This document shows positions 16,029-25,356 of a stretch of DNA of 64,000 bases, one piece after another. This DNA is from Clostridiales bacterium. Its GTDB lineage: Bacteria; Bacillota; Dehalobacteriia; UBA7702. Position 1 is the first letter of the stretch, and every line of letters begins with the position of its first letter. Location of the stretch: positions 3,121 to 67,120 of the forward strand of contig JAVXOZ010000009.1 in assembly GCA_036644995.1 (NCBI GenBank). Direction: 5' to 3'. The notes under the pieces were generated by a model, which saw only the letters and a program-made list of their open reading frames with translations, did not search any database and had not been told where the DNA came from. A program made the position numbers and the translations under genes.

Positions 16029-18686
16029 TTATTTCACCTCATATTTCTCCAGAGAATACCAATCTTCCCCTGTTTTCACATCTACCAATAAAGGAACTTT
16101 TAACTGAACGGCATTTTCCATAACTTCTTTTAGTAATTCAGCGGTTTTTGCCAACTCATTTTTTGGGCAATCCAGAATTAGCTCATCGTGAACCTGTAAA
16201 ATCATTTTGCTCCGCAACCCGGCTTGATTCAGCCTTTTAAACAGCTCTACCATGGCATATTTGATAATATCCGCAGCAGTACCTTGAATAGGGGTATTCA
16301 TTGCTGTACGCTCCGCAAAAGAACGCATTTGGAAATTTTTATGGTTGATATCCGGCAAATAGCGGCGGCGACCCATTAAAGTGGTTACGTAGCCATTTTT
16401 TTTAGCTTCTTCAACTACATTATGAAGATAATCTTGAACTCCGGGATATCTTTGAAAATATTTATCTATATATTCTTTAGCTTCAATTCTGCCAATGCCT
16501 AAATCTCTACCCAAACCATAGCCACTAATGCCGTAAATAATACCAAAATTTACAGCTTTAGCCTTGCGGCGCATGGCTTTATCCACTTTATCCAAAGGAA
16601 CATCAAAAATTTCTCCGGCGGTACGGGCATGGATATCTTCATTATTTACAAATGATGAAATTAAACCTTCATCACCTGCATAGTGTGATAAAATACGCAG
16701 TTCTATTTGAGAATAATCCGCAGCTAAAAGCACACTGTTTTTATCTTTGGCAGTAAATGCTTTGCGTATTTTTCTGCCTTCCTCTAAACGCACGGGAATA
16801 TTTTGCAAATTTGGTTCCGTAGAAGATAAACGACCCGTAGCTGTAACTGTTTGGCGGAATACAGTGTGTATGGCATTATCTTTGGGCGAAATTAATTTTT
16901 CCAACGCATCGCTATATGTAGATTTTAGTTTGGCAAGTTGACGATACAGTAGAATTTCCTGAATAATTGGGTGTTTATCGTATAGATTTTCCAAGACCTC
17001 GTTATTGGTGGAGTATCCTGTTTTAGTTTTTTTGATTGCAGGCAAGCCCAATTTACCAAAAAGAACCTCACCAATCTGCTTGGGAGAATTAATATTAAAT
17101 TCCATATCCGCATATTTATATATACTGGCAGTAATTTCCGCCAATTTGGTTTCTAATTCTTCAGACATTACCTGAAGATTATGGCTATCCACATGGATAC
17201 CCACAGATTCCATATCTGCCAAAACCAAAATCAAAGGACGTTCAACATTTTCGTACAAATAACGCATTTCATATTTATCTATTTCGCTGTATAATTTTTC
17301 ATAAAGTTTAAAGCCCAAAACAGCGGCGGTTTGATTGCGCTTACCTGATTCCAACGAAAAAATATCTTCATTAAGGTAATGGGAAATTAAATATTCCATG
17401 GAATAATCAGAAATGGTTGCATCTAAAAGATACGCCATTATCTCTAAATCATCTCCGAAACACTTAATTTCAATTCCCCTGTTTTCTGCACTATGAATTA
17501 AGGCTTTATAGTTATGGGATATTATTTTTGCCCGTGTATCTTTAAAAAAGCTGTTTAAAAGTAATCTATGGTTTTCTATTTCCAAATTAAACACTGCCAC
17601 ATCTTGGGATTTTGTAGCAATAATTACCTGCTCATCTCCGGCTAATACCACTATTTCCCCGGTTAAACAGGATTTAAGCATTTCTTCATAATTTAAAACT
17701 TCATTATATTCAACATTGGTTTCCCTGTTGGTTTCTTCAAAAAGACTAAGGCTTTCTTGGTTATCTTCGGCAAAAAGACTATCCATATCAGATTCTTCCT
17801 TGTGAGTTTTTGCTACTTTGGCAGCTTGGGTTTCCACACCTCGCAGCAAACTCCTAAACTCTAAATCCTTATATAATTTTGCCAAAGCCACCCAGTTTTT
17901 TTCTTGGGGAATCATTTCTTCCATGGTTATTTCCAAGGGAATATCATCAACAATGGTTGCTAATTCCTTGGATAAAAATGCGTTTTCTTTATCTTTTTCT
18001 AATTTTTCTTTTAACTTATTTTTGGGCAATTCTTCAATATGTTCGTACAATTCAGTTAAACTATCAAATTGGTGCAAAAGTTTTAAGGCAGTTTTTTCTC
18101 CCACTCCTGCCACACCCGGAAGATTATCCGAGGCATCACCCATAAGCCCCTTTAAATCTATAAGCCTTTTTGGGGTTATTTGGTATTTTTCTTCAAATGC
18201 CGCAACATCGGTTACCACTAAATCTGCCAAGGTTTTTTTGCCGCTAATTACTTTAACGTGTTCGTTCAACATTTGCAGTAAATCTTTATCTCCGGAAAAA
18301 ATTATTACATCATCACCCTTATCCTGACCTCGCTTTGCCAAAGTACCAATGATGTCATCTGCTTCAAATTCATCCATTTCCAAAGTTTTATAACCATTTT
18401 GAGCCAAAACCTCACGAATAAGAGGAAATTGTTCCACCAATTCTGCATCTATTGGTTTTCTTTGTGCTTTATACTCCGGAAATTTTTGATGGCGAAAAGT
18501 ATTTTTACCCTTATCAAAACAAATTGCAATATGGGTTGGTTTTTCTTGATCTATAATTTTTTGCAGCATCATCATAAAACCATAGGCAGCGTTGGTATAT
18601 CTGCCATCAGAGGTTTTTAAAAGCGGTAAACCATGATATGCTCTATGCAACACATTATTTCCATCTACTAAAAGAATTTTATTCAT
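16029..18686 (-). CDS. polA: DNA polymerase I (5'-3' exonuclease + 3'-5' exo-like + polymerase domains)
   Basis: 885 aa from ATG 18686 (RBS gaggtg); 'LLVDGNNVLHRAY' FEN domain, pol motifs 'DYSQIELR', 'RRKAKAVNFGIIYG', 'QVHDEL'. Confidence 0.9.
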   Translation of the reverse strand: MNKILLVDGNNVLHRAYHGLPLLKTSDGRYTNAAYGFMMMLQKIIDQEKPTHIAICFDKGKNTFRHQKFPEYKAQRKPIDAELVEQFPLIREVLAQNGYKTLEMDEFEADDIIGTLAKRGQDKGDDVIIFSGDKDLLQMLNEHVKVISGKKTLADLVVTDVAAFEEKYQITPKRLIDLKGLMGDASDNLPGVAGVGEKTALKLLHQFDSLTELYEHIEELPKNKLKEKLEKDKENAFLSKELATIVDDIPLEITMEEMIPQEKNWVALAKLYKDLEFRSLLRGVETQAAKVAKTHKEESDMDSLFAEDNQESLSLFEETNRETNVEYNEVLNYEEMLKSCLTGEIVVLAGDEQVIIATKSQDVAVFNLEIENHRLLLNSFFKDTRAKIISHNYKALIHSAENRGIEIKCFGDDLEIMAYLLDATISDYSMEYLISHYLNEDIFSLESGKRNQTAAVLGFKLYEKLYSEIDKYEMRYLYENVERPLILVLADMESVGIHVDSHNLQVMSEELETKLAEITASIYKYADMEFNINSPKQIGEVLFGKLGLPAIKKTKTGYSTNNEVLENLYDKHPIIQEILLYRQLAKLKSTYSDALEKLISPKDNAIHTVFRQTVTATGRLSSTEPNLQNIPVRLEEGRKIRKAFTAKDKNSVLLAADYSQIELRILSHYAGDEGLISSFVNNEDIHARTAGEIFDVPLDKVDKAMRRKAKAVNFGIIYGISGYGLGRDLGIGRIEAKEYIDKYFQRYPGVQDYLHNVVEEAKKNGYVTTLMGRRRYLPDINHKNFQMRSFAERTAMNTPIQGTAADIIKYAMVELFKRLNQAGLRSKMILQVHDELILDCPKNELAKTAELLKEVMENAVQLKVPLLVDVKTGEDWYSLEKYEVK

Positions 18687-18980
18687 AATACACCTCATTA
18701 GAAAAATTCGCTAAAAACCCTAAATTACCTTTTTAAAAAGAGCATTATCCTTATTTTTTACAGGATAAAATATAAATATCTTCCTATTTACTATATCTTT
18801 AAGTGTTTACCCAATTTTAAATTTTAAACTATATAAAAATAAATTATAAATATTTGCGAAAAAGTATTTAATTTTCAACAATTTAGTGTTATTATAATAG
18901 TAGTAATATTATAAGTTAAAATATCTCCCCCTTTTATTGTGATGTGGTTTCTTTTTCTACACATGAAAGGGTGAAATATT

Positions 18981-19910
18981 ATGAAAACAAAAATCGATGT
19001 TATATCGGGATTTTTAGGTGCCGGTAAAACTACCCTAATCAAAAAAATAATACAAGGTATGCCCAGTAAAGAAGATATTGCCATAGTGGAAAACGAATTT
19101 GGCGATATTGGAATAGATGGGGATATCTTAAAGTCGTGCAATATTAACGTTCGTGAAATAAGCGGCGGCTGTATTTGTTGCAGTTTACACGGAAATTTTA
19201 TAGCCGCAGTTACAGAATTAGTTAATGAATATGCGCCCCAACGCATTATCATTGAGCCAACAGGAATTGGCAAATTATCAGATGTACTCGATGCCTTAAA
19301 ATCCGCAGGGAAAAAAGTTGATATCGAGTTTAATATAATTGCAGCAGTAGTAGACCCTTTAAAATTTCAAATACTAAACAATATGTTTGGAGCGTTCTTT
19401 CACAATCAAATAGCCACAGCGCAAACCATTTTTTTAAGCAAAGCACAATTTGCAGATGAGAACACTATTATGGACGTTACTAAAAAAATAAGGGCTATAA
19501 ACCCAGTTGCAACCATTGTAACAGCACCTTGGCAGGATTTGCCCGATACAGATATATTAAAAATAGCAGAGGATGACCGTATAGATAAAATCTTGGATTT
19601 AACAAACTATACTTACAAATATAGCAAAAATGATCCCATTTCTCAAATATCTTCATTGTGCTTTTGCCCCAAAAAGCCTCACACTAAAAAAGAATTTAGA
19701 GCTTTATTAGAAAAAATAGCAACTAATAAAGAATTGGGATTGCTTTTACGTAGCAAAGGATTTTTTAGTACCCCGGAGAATAAATTCATTCAGTTTGACT
19801 ATACTCCAGGTGCCATAAAATTCACAACATCCCATACCGATGCAGAAGATAAAATTATTATCATCGGTAAAAATCTAAATAAACCGGCAATAGATAAATA
19901 TTTTTGCTGA
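18981..19910 (+). CDS. CobW/HypB/UreG-family (COG0523) GTPase metallochaperone
   Basis: 309 aa; Walker A 'GFLGAGKTT', 'CICC' metal-binding motif, CobW C-terminal domain; first gene of the methylamine module. Confidence 0.8.
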   Translation: MKTKIDVISGFLGAGKTTLIKKIIQGMPSKEDIAIVENEFGDIGIDGDILKSCNINVREISGGCICCSLHGNFIAAVTELVNEYAPQRIIIEPTGIGKLSDVLDALKSAGKKVDIEFNIIAAVVDPLKFQILNNMFGAFFHNQIATAQTIFLSKAQFADENTIMDVTKKIRAINPVATIVTAPWQDLPDTDILKIAEDDRIDKILDLTNYTYKYSKNDPISQISSLCFCPKKPHTKKEFRALLEKIATNKELGLLLRSKGFFSTPENKFIQFDYTPGAIKFTTSHTDAEDKIIIIGKNLNKPAIDKYFC

Positions 19911-19941
19911 ATAAAATATAAAAAGAAAAGAGTGAGGAAAT

Positions 19942-21786
19942 ATGGAATATAATATTAAATTTGAATCACACGATATAAGTGAAAACATAGAAGGCGGCAA
20001 AACTATATTAGAAGCAGCAGCTTTAGCATCTATTCCCATTGAAGGAAATTGCGGCGGAGCGGGAAATTGCAAAAAATGTCAAGTGGCAATTTTAGATAAT
20101 AAAGTTTTTGCGGCAAACGCCATCCCTGCCCTATCAAAAAACAAGCCACAAATGGTTCTTGCCTGCAAATATAAGATACACAGTGACCTTACCATAAACG
20201 TTCCCATTCAAAATGATGCTTTTAAACGTAAAACCACAATGAATTTTCAAAATAAAGATATAAAACCAAATTCCTCTATTGGTAAATCCTACATTGAATT
20301 GGATAAACCTTCTATTAATAACCAAATACCGGATTACGAACGCATAGTTACGGCACTGAACCTTAAGCCCGGAAATCCCAGTAAGGAATTATTGCAAATA
20401 TTGCCAAGGGTGTTACGGGATTCAAAATTTTCCATAACCGCAGTAACCAGAGATAATGAATTAATTTGGGTAGAACCCGGAGATACCACCGCAGAAAATT
20501 ACGGTTTGGTATATGATATTGGCACTACAACTGTGGTATGCCACTTGATTAATTTAACAAACGGTGCCATAGAAAAATCCACAGCAGATACCAATCCCCA
20601 AAATATTTTTGGTGCAGATGTAATTTCACGGGTTAACCACGTGATGACCAATTCCAAAAATAATAAAGGTTTAAACCAACTTTATACAAAAATAAATACC
20701 GTTATCAATGCACTTGCCGTAGAATTAATCAGAAAAAAGAGTATAGATAAAAATAGAATATATGATGTTACCGTTGTTGGCAATACAACAATGAGCCAAC
20801 TATTCATGGGTGTAGACCCCACTTATTTAGCAACATCCCCATTTATTCCCACTTACGTTCAAGGGGTGAATTTAAAAGCTTCAGAACTAAACCTGGATAT
20901 TAACCCCACAGCAAATGTTTTTTTACTTCCTAATATAGCAGGATATGTAGGCTCTGACACTGTGGGAGTAATTTTGGCAACTCATTTACATAAACAACCT
21001 GAATACAGCCTTGCCATTGATGTTGGCACCAATGGCGAACTGGCACTCAGCGGCAATGGTAAAATTCTTACTTGTTCCACCGCAGCAGGTCCCGCTTTTG
21101 AGGGTGCCCAAATAAAATGCGGCATGAGAGCAGCAGAAGGTGCCATAGAAGCCGTTTATATTGATAATGAAACAGGAACTTGTACATATGAAACCATTGG
21201 CAACACAAAACCCAAAGGTATATGCGGTTCCGGGGTATTAGATGTAGTGGCACAACTTTATAAAAGCGGTATTCTTGATAAATTTGGTGCTTTTAGATTC
21301 GGCAGAAATAACGATGGACACATCAACGATAAACTAAAAGAACGCATAAGCAAAGGTGACCACGGCTACGAATTTGTTTTGGCAACCGCTAAAGAAGCAT
21401 ATAAAGGAATACCCATTGTTATATGCCAAAAAGACATAAGGGAATTGCAAATGGGTAAAGGCGCAATTTATGCCGGCATTAAAATTTTAATGAAAGAAAT
21501 GAACATAACCGTTGAAAATCTACAAAAAATTATGATTGCCGGTGCTTTTGGCAATTATATAAAAGTTGAAAGTGCACTTGCCATAGGTTTACTGCCAAAT
21601 ATAACTAAAGATAAAATATCCTCTGTGGGAAATGCGGCTTCTGAAGGCGCAAGGCTGGCTCTAATATCTAAAGATGAAAGGGAACTCGGCTGTGAGCTGG
21701 CAAAACGCTGTAAGCATATTGAATTATCTTCATACGAAGAATTCCAAAATGAATACATGAATGCTTTAAATTTTCCTGAAATATAA
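19942..21786 (+). CDS. ramA: reductive activator of corrinoid proteins, RamA/RACo-type ([2Fe-2S] ferredoxin N-domain + ASKHA ATPase DUF4445)
   Basis: 614 aa; N-terminal 'CGGAGNCKKCQV' plant-type ferredoxin cluster; C-terminal actin-fold ATPase region; sits upstream of mtmCB. Confidence 0.75.
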   Translation: MEYNIKFESHDISENIEGGKTILEAAALASIPIEGNCGGAGNCKKCQVAILDNKVFAANAIPALSKNKPQMVLACKYKIHSDLTINVPIQNDAFKRKTTMNFQNKDIKPNSSIGKSYIELDKPSINNQIPDYERIVTALNLKPGNPSKELLQILPRVLRDSKFSITAVTRDNELIWVEPGDTTAENYGLVYDIGTTTVVCHLINLTNGAIEKSTADTNPQNIFGADVISRVNHVMTNSKNNKGLNQLYTKINTVINALAVELIRKKSIDKNRIYDVTVVGNTTMSQLFMGVDPTYLATSPFIPTYVQGVNLKASELNLDINPTANVFLLPNIAGYVGSDTVGVILATHLHKQPEYSLAIDVGTNGELALSGNGKILTCSTAAGPAFEGAQIKCGMRAAEGAIEAVYIDNETGTCTYETIGNTKPKGICGSGVLDVVAQLYKSGILDKFGAFRFGRNNDGHINDKLKERISKGDHGYEFVLATAKEAYKGIPIVICQKDIRELQMGKGAIYAGIKILMKEMNITVENLQKIMIAGAFGNYIKVESALAIGLLPNITKDKISSVGNAASEGARLALISKDERELGCELAKRCKHIELSSYEEFQNEYMNALNFPEI

Positions 21787-21904
21787 TACTTAAACCCAAG
21801 GTTAAAGAGGTATTTTCAGTTTAATACCCAATCTAAACCTTAAAGCCACAACAAAAATTTACTATTTGCAAATAATACTAATATAATAATATATCAGCAC
21901 AATA

Positions 21905-21938
21905 CACACCATTCGACAAAATGGTGTGTATTTTTTTG
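21905..21938 (+). terminator. rho-independent terminator after ramA (acacaccatt..aatggtgtgt + T8)
   Basis: 10-bp stem, T-run. Confidence 0.7.
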
Positions 21939-22132
21939 CATTAAATCGCAATTATCTAAAGATAGTACCATACTAACAAAACATAATACAATAAGCGGTG
22001 TTAAAATTTTGTTATTATGAATATAGAAAAAGAAACATTTACATCACTTTTTATTTTATTCCGAAAGGAGGATCAGTTGGTTACTATTCAAGACGATATT
22101 AAAACTTATAAAAATATAAAGGGGGTAATACA

Positions 22133-22777
22133 ATGTCCGATACAATTTTAAAGAAACTTAAAGAAGCCGTTGTAAATTTAGACCAGGAGGCCGCATTAGC
22201 CGCCGCCAAAGAAGCCTTAGACGCTAAAATGGATCCCGTTAACTCCATAGAAAATGGTTTAACAGCAGGAATGAACGAAATCGTAGATCGCTTTGATGAG
22301 GGCGAAATGTTCATGCCGCAAATCCTTATTGCCGCTCAAGCATTCATGGGTGCTTGCGAAATTTTACAAAGTGGTATTTCCGTAGAAGAAGCTGCCAAAA
22401 TGAGTAACGGCAGAGTAATGTTCTTCACAGTAGCCGGTGACATTCATGATATCGGCAAAAATATTGTTAAAACAATGTTTATGGCTAACAACTTTGAAGT
22501 TTGCGACTTAGGCCGTGACGTTGCAGCCGATGTAGTAGTTGATAAAGCTATCGAATGGAAAGCCGACATCATTGCCGGTTCCGCATTGATGACAACCACC
22601 ATGCCCGGTCAAAGAGATATCGTTGCTACTTTGGTAGAACGTGGTATCCGTGATGACTTTAAAGTAATGTTTGGTGGAGCTCCTGTTAATCAACAATGGT
22701 GTGATGAAATTGGTGCTGACGCTTATGGCGACAACGCTGCTGACTCCATCGAAATTGCTAAAAAATTAGTAAAATAA
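22133..22777 (+). CDS. mtmC: monomethylamine corrinoid protein (B12-binding, DxHxxG), MtmC-like
   Basis: 214 aa; helical cap domain then Rossmann B12-binding domain with 'GDIHDIG' (His-on cobalt ligand motif); directly upstream of mtmB. Confidence 0.85.
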   Translation: MSDTILKKLKEAVVNLDQEAALAAAKEALDAKMDPVNSIENGLTAGMNEIVDRFDEGEMFMPQILIAAQAFMGACEILQSGISVEEAAKMSNGRVMFFTVAGDIHDIGKNIVKTMFMANNFEVCDLGRDVAADVVVDKAIEWKADIIAGSALMTTTMPGQRDIVATLVERGIRDDFKVMFGGAPVNQQWCDEIGADAYGDNAADSIEIAKKLVK

Positions 22778-22802
22778 AAAATATTTGAAGGGCGGTAATA
22801 CT

Positions 22803-24188
22803 ATGACTTACAAAGAACGTGTTGGTGTTTTTGAAGCTTACCATCGTGCAATAACCGGTCCCCGTGTTAGCGAAAGCGAATGGGATAGCGTTATTATTCC
22901 CGGTACACTTACAAAACTCAAAGAAAAATATAATATCAAAATGGACAAAGGCACTGTTGTTCCTACCGATGATACTTTAATTAATAATATATTTAAAGCC
23001 GGTTTGGAAATGTTAACCACTGTTGGTGTTTATTGCATAGATACCGGCAGAGTTATTAAATATACAGAAGATGAAATCTTAACAGCCATCAAAAATACTC
23101 CCAAAGAATTTTATCTTGGTGAAGGCACTGATGCTGTTTTAATGAAAGACAGAAAACATGACTCCGAACGTTTCCCCATTATCCAAGGTGGACCTACCGG
23201 TGCTCCTGTTTCTGAAGAACAATTCTTAAATATGCATGAAGCATATGCCAAAGAACCTTTGGTAGACACCATTGTTAATGGCGTTCTCCAAACATGGCAT
23301 GGTCATGACCCCATTCCTAACACTCCTTATGAAATCGCAGCGGTTCGTTCCGAAGTTCAAATGCTTCGCTTGGCACAAACCAGAGCCGGTCATCCCGGCA
23401 TGGCATTGTAGGGCAGTGAAACTTCACTCTCTGCAGCAGGCGTTATCTGTTCTGACTTCCAAGGCGGAATGCGGCCAACAGACAGCCATGAAGTATCTCA
23501 ATTAAACGAATTGAAAATTGACTTAGCAGCTTTAACTTTCTGCTCTTACTATGTATTAAGTGGTCAAACTATTATGTGCGAACATATGCCCATATATGGC
23601 GGTTACACCGGTGGTCTTGAGGAAACGACTATCAGTGACGTTGCCAGCACGCTTAATGCTTTCGTAATGGCTCAAGGTAATTATGTATTAGACGGTCCCG
23701 TTCATATGCGTTGGGGAATCACCACTGCCAGAGAGGCTTTGGCAGTTGCTGGTCACTGTGCAAGAGCAATCAATGCTAATACAGAACTTATGTTAGCTAA
23801 CCAATATTACACCATGGCAGGTCCCTGTACTGTTATGTGCCTGTTAGAAACAGCTGCACAAGCAATGACAGATACCGCCAGCGGTCGTGAATTACTCTCC
23901 GGTGTTGCCGCCGCTAAAGGTGTTACCACCAACTTTAATACTCCTATGGAAGCCAGATTTATGGGTCAAGTTGCTCGTGCAACTGCCGGTAAAGATCTTT
24001 CAGTAGTTAATCCTATAATTGACTCATTATTGAAAATGTACGAAAAAGATTATAAAACTGCTCCTGTTGGCAAATCATTCGAAGAATGCTATGACCTTAC
24101 TACATTGCAACCTACTGATGAATATATCAGCGTATATGATGAAGCAGCAGAAGTATTAGCAAAGCTTGGTTTAGAATTAGGTAAATAA
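22803..24188 (+). CDS. mtmB: monomethylamine methyltransferase MtmB with in-frame UAG (23409-23411) decoded as pyrrolysine; single gene, not two ORFs
   Basis: ORFs 22785..23411 and 23469..24188 are in the same frame separated by exactly one TAG; the context 'GHPGMAL-UAG-GSETSLSAAG...GGMRPTDSHEVSQLNELKIDL' closely matches Methanosarcina MtmB around Pyl202 ('GRPGMGV-O-GPETSLSAQG...TDSHEVSQLNELKIDL'); UAG is codon 203 from ATG 22803; total about 461 aa, MtmB-sized. Confidence 0.85.
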
Positions 24189-24232
24189 TAATCCTTATAT
24201 AAAACCTTTGCTGGAAAGAGGGTGACGCGGAT

Positions 24233-25255
24233 ATGAATAAAAGAGAAAGATTTATGAATGCGATTCAAGGTCAAGAAACAGATAGGGTGTCCGTTTTTTG
24301 TGCCAATCAAACCGCAACATACGAACAAATGGAGGAATTGGGTGCCTCTTTTCCCGAAGCTAATTACGAAGCAGCCACTATGGCTAAATTAGCAGCGGGT
24401 GCACATAGCATTTTGGGATTTGACGCAGTTCGTGTTCCATTTTGCCAAACCATCGAATCCGAAGCTTTGGGCTGTAAGCTCCAAGATGGCGGTAAAGAAG
24501 GTATGCCAAGTATTGGCACTCATCCATACAGCGTTGATGATGAAATTCCATCCCTTGACGATTTAGTTTCCAAAGGGAGGATTCCTGTTGTTGCCGAAGC
24601 AGTTAAACTGCTTAAGGAATCTGTTGGCGATGAAGTCGCTGTTCTTGGTGGGATTGTTGGCCCATTTAGTATCGCCACAAACTTACTGGGTCTTATGAAT
24701 ATCATGATGGCCGTTGTTATGGAACCCAAAAAATTAGAACCTTGGTTAGAGCTTGCGGGAGATGCAGCCACCATTTATGGTGATGCATTAATCGAAGCAG
24801 GAGCCGATGGCATAGTTATTGAAGATATGATGGCATCCATGGATATGATTAGCCCTCAAATCTATCACGACCTTGCCGGTCCCTATATGAAGCGTTTGGT
24901 TGATCGCTTAGGCGATATTCCCACTATTCTTCATATATGCGGAAAAGTAAACAAATTAGTTGTTGATATGATTGATACCGGCGTTTCTGCCTTTAGTGTA
25001 GATACGAATATTGATATTGCAGATATTCAAGACAAAATCGCAAAAAGCGGCAAAACCGTTATGGTTGTAGGCGGAATTGATGCAGTAAACACATTATTCT
25101 ATGGCACCGAAATTGGTCCTACCACAGAAGAAGGAACAAAAGCAATTAAAGCCGGGTTTAATTTACTTGCACCCTCCTGCTCCATTCCTCCTGCTACACC
25201 AGTTACAAAACTGCGTGCAATGGTAGAAGTTGCGGTTTCGTTAGCCGGTAAATAA
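24233..25255 (+). CDS. methylcorrinoid:acceptor methyltransferase (MT2), uroporphyrinogen-decarboxylase (URO-D) family, MtbA/MtaA-like
   Basis: 340 aa; URO-D fold; 'ILHICGKV' with His-x-Cys zinc ligands typical of MtaA/MtbA. Confidence 0.75.
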   Translation: MNKRERFMNAIQGQETDRVSVFCANQTATYEQMEELGASFPEANYEAATMAKLAAGAHSILGFDAVRVPFCQTIESEALGCKLQDGGKEGMPSIGTHPYSVDDEIPSLDDLVSKGRIPVVAEAVKLLKESVGDEVAVLGGIVGPFSIATNLLGLMNIMMAVVMEPKKLEPWLELAGDAATIYGDALIEAGADGIVIEDMMASMDMISPQIYHDLAGPYMKRLVDRLGDIPTILHICGKVNKLVVDMIDTGVSAFSVDTNIDIADIQDKIAKSGKTVMVVGGIDAVNTLFYGTEIGPTTEEGTKAIKAGFNLLAPSCSIPPATPVTKLRAMVEVAVSLAGK

Positions 25256-25356
25256 ATTATTTACTAAAAGAAGGGAATGTCGCAAAATATTCAAGCGATA
25301 TTCCTTTCTTTTCTTTTTTTTAATATGAGTTTTTTTAATATGAGTGGGGTGTTAAC

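Noticed and set aside
10351-18327. Long antisense ORFs inside topB (10351..10839) and polA (17818..18327, 17879..18145)
   Set aside because: They are shadow ORFs on the opposite strand of well-supported, motif-rich genes.
18875-19273. 132-aa minus-strand ORF
   Set aside because: It is antisense to the start of the COG0523 GTPase gene and its promoter region, and has no supporting signals.
22785-24188. Treating 22785..23411 and 23469..24188 as two separate genes or a pseudogene
   Set aside because: They share a frame, are separated by a single TAG, and together reconstitute a full-length MtmB with the stop at the known pyrrolysine site. The TTG start at 22785 is also less likely than ATG 22803.
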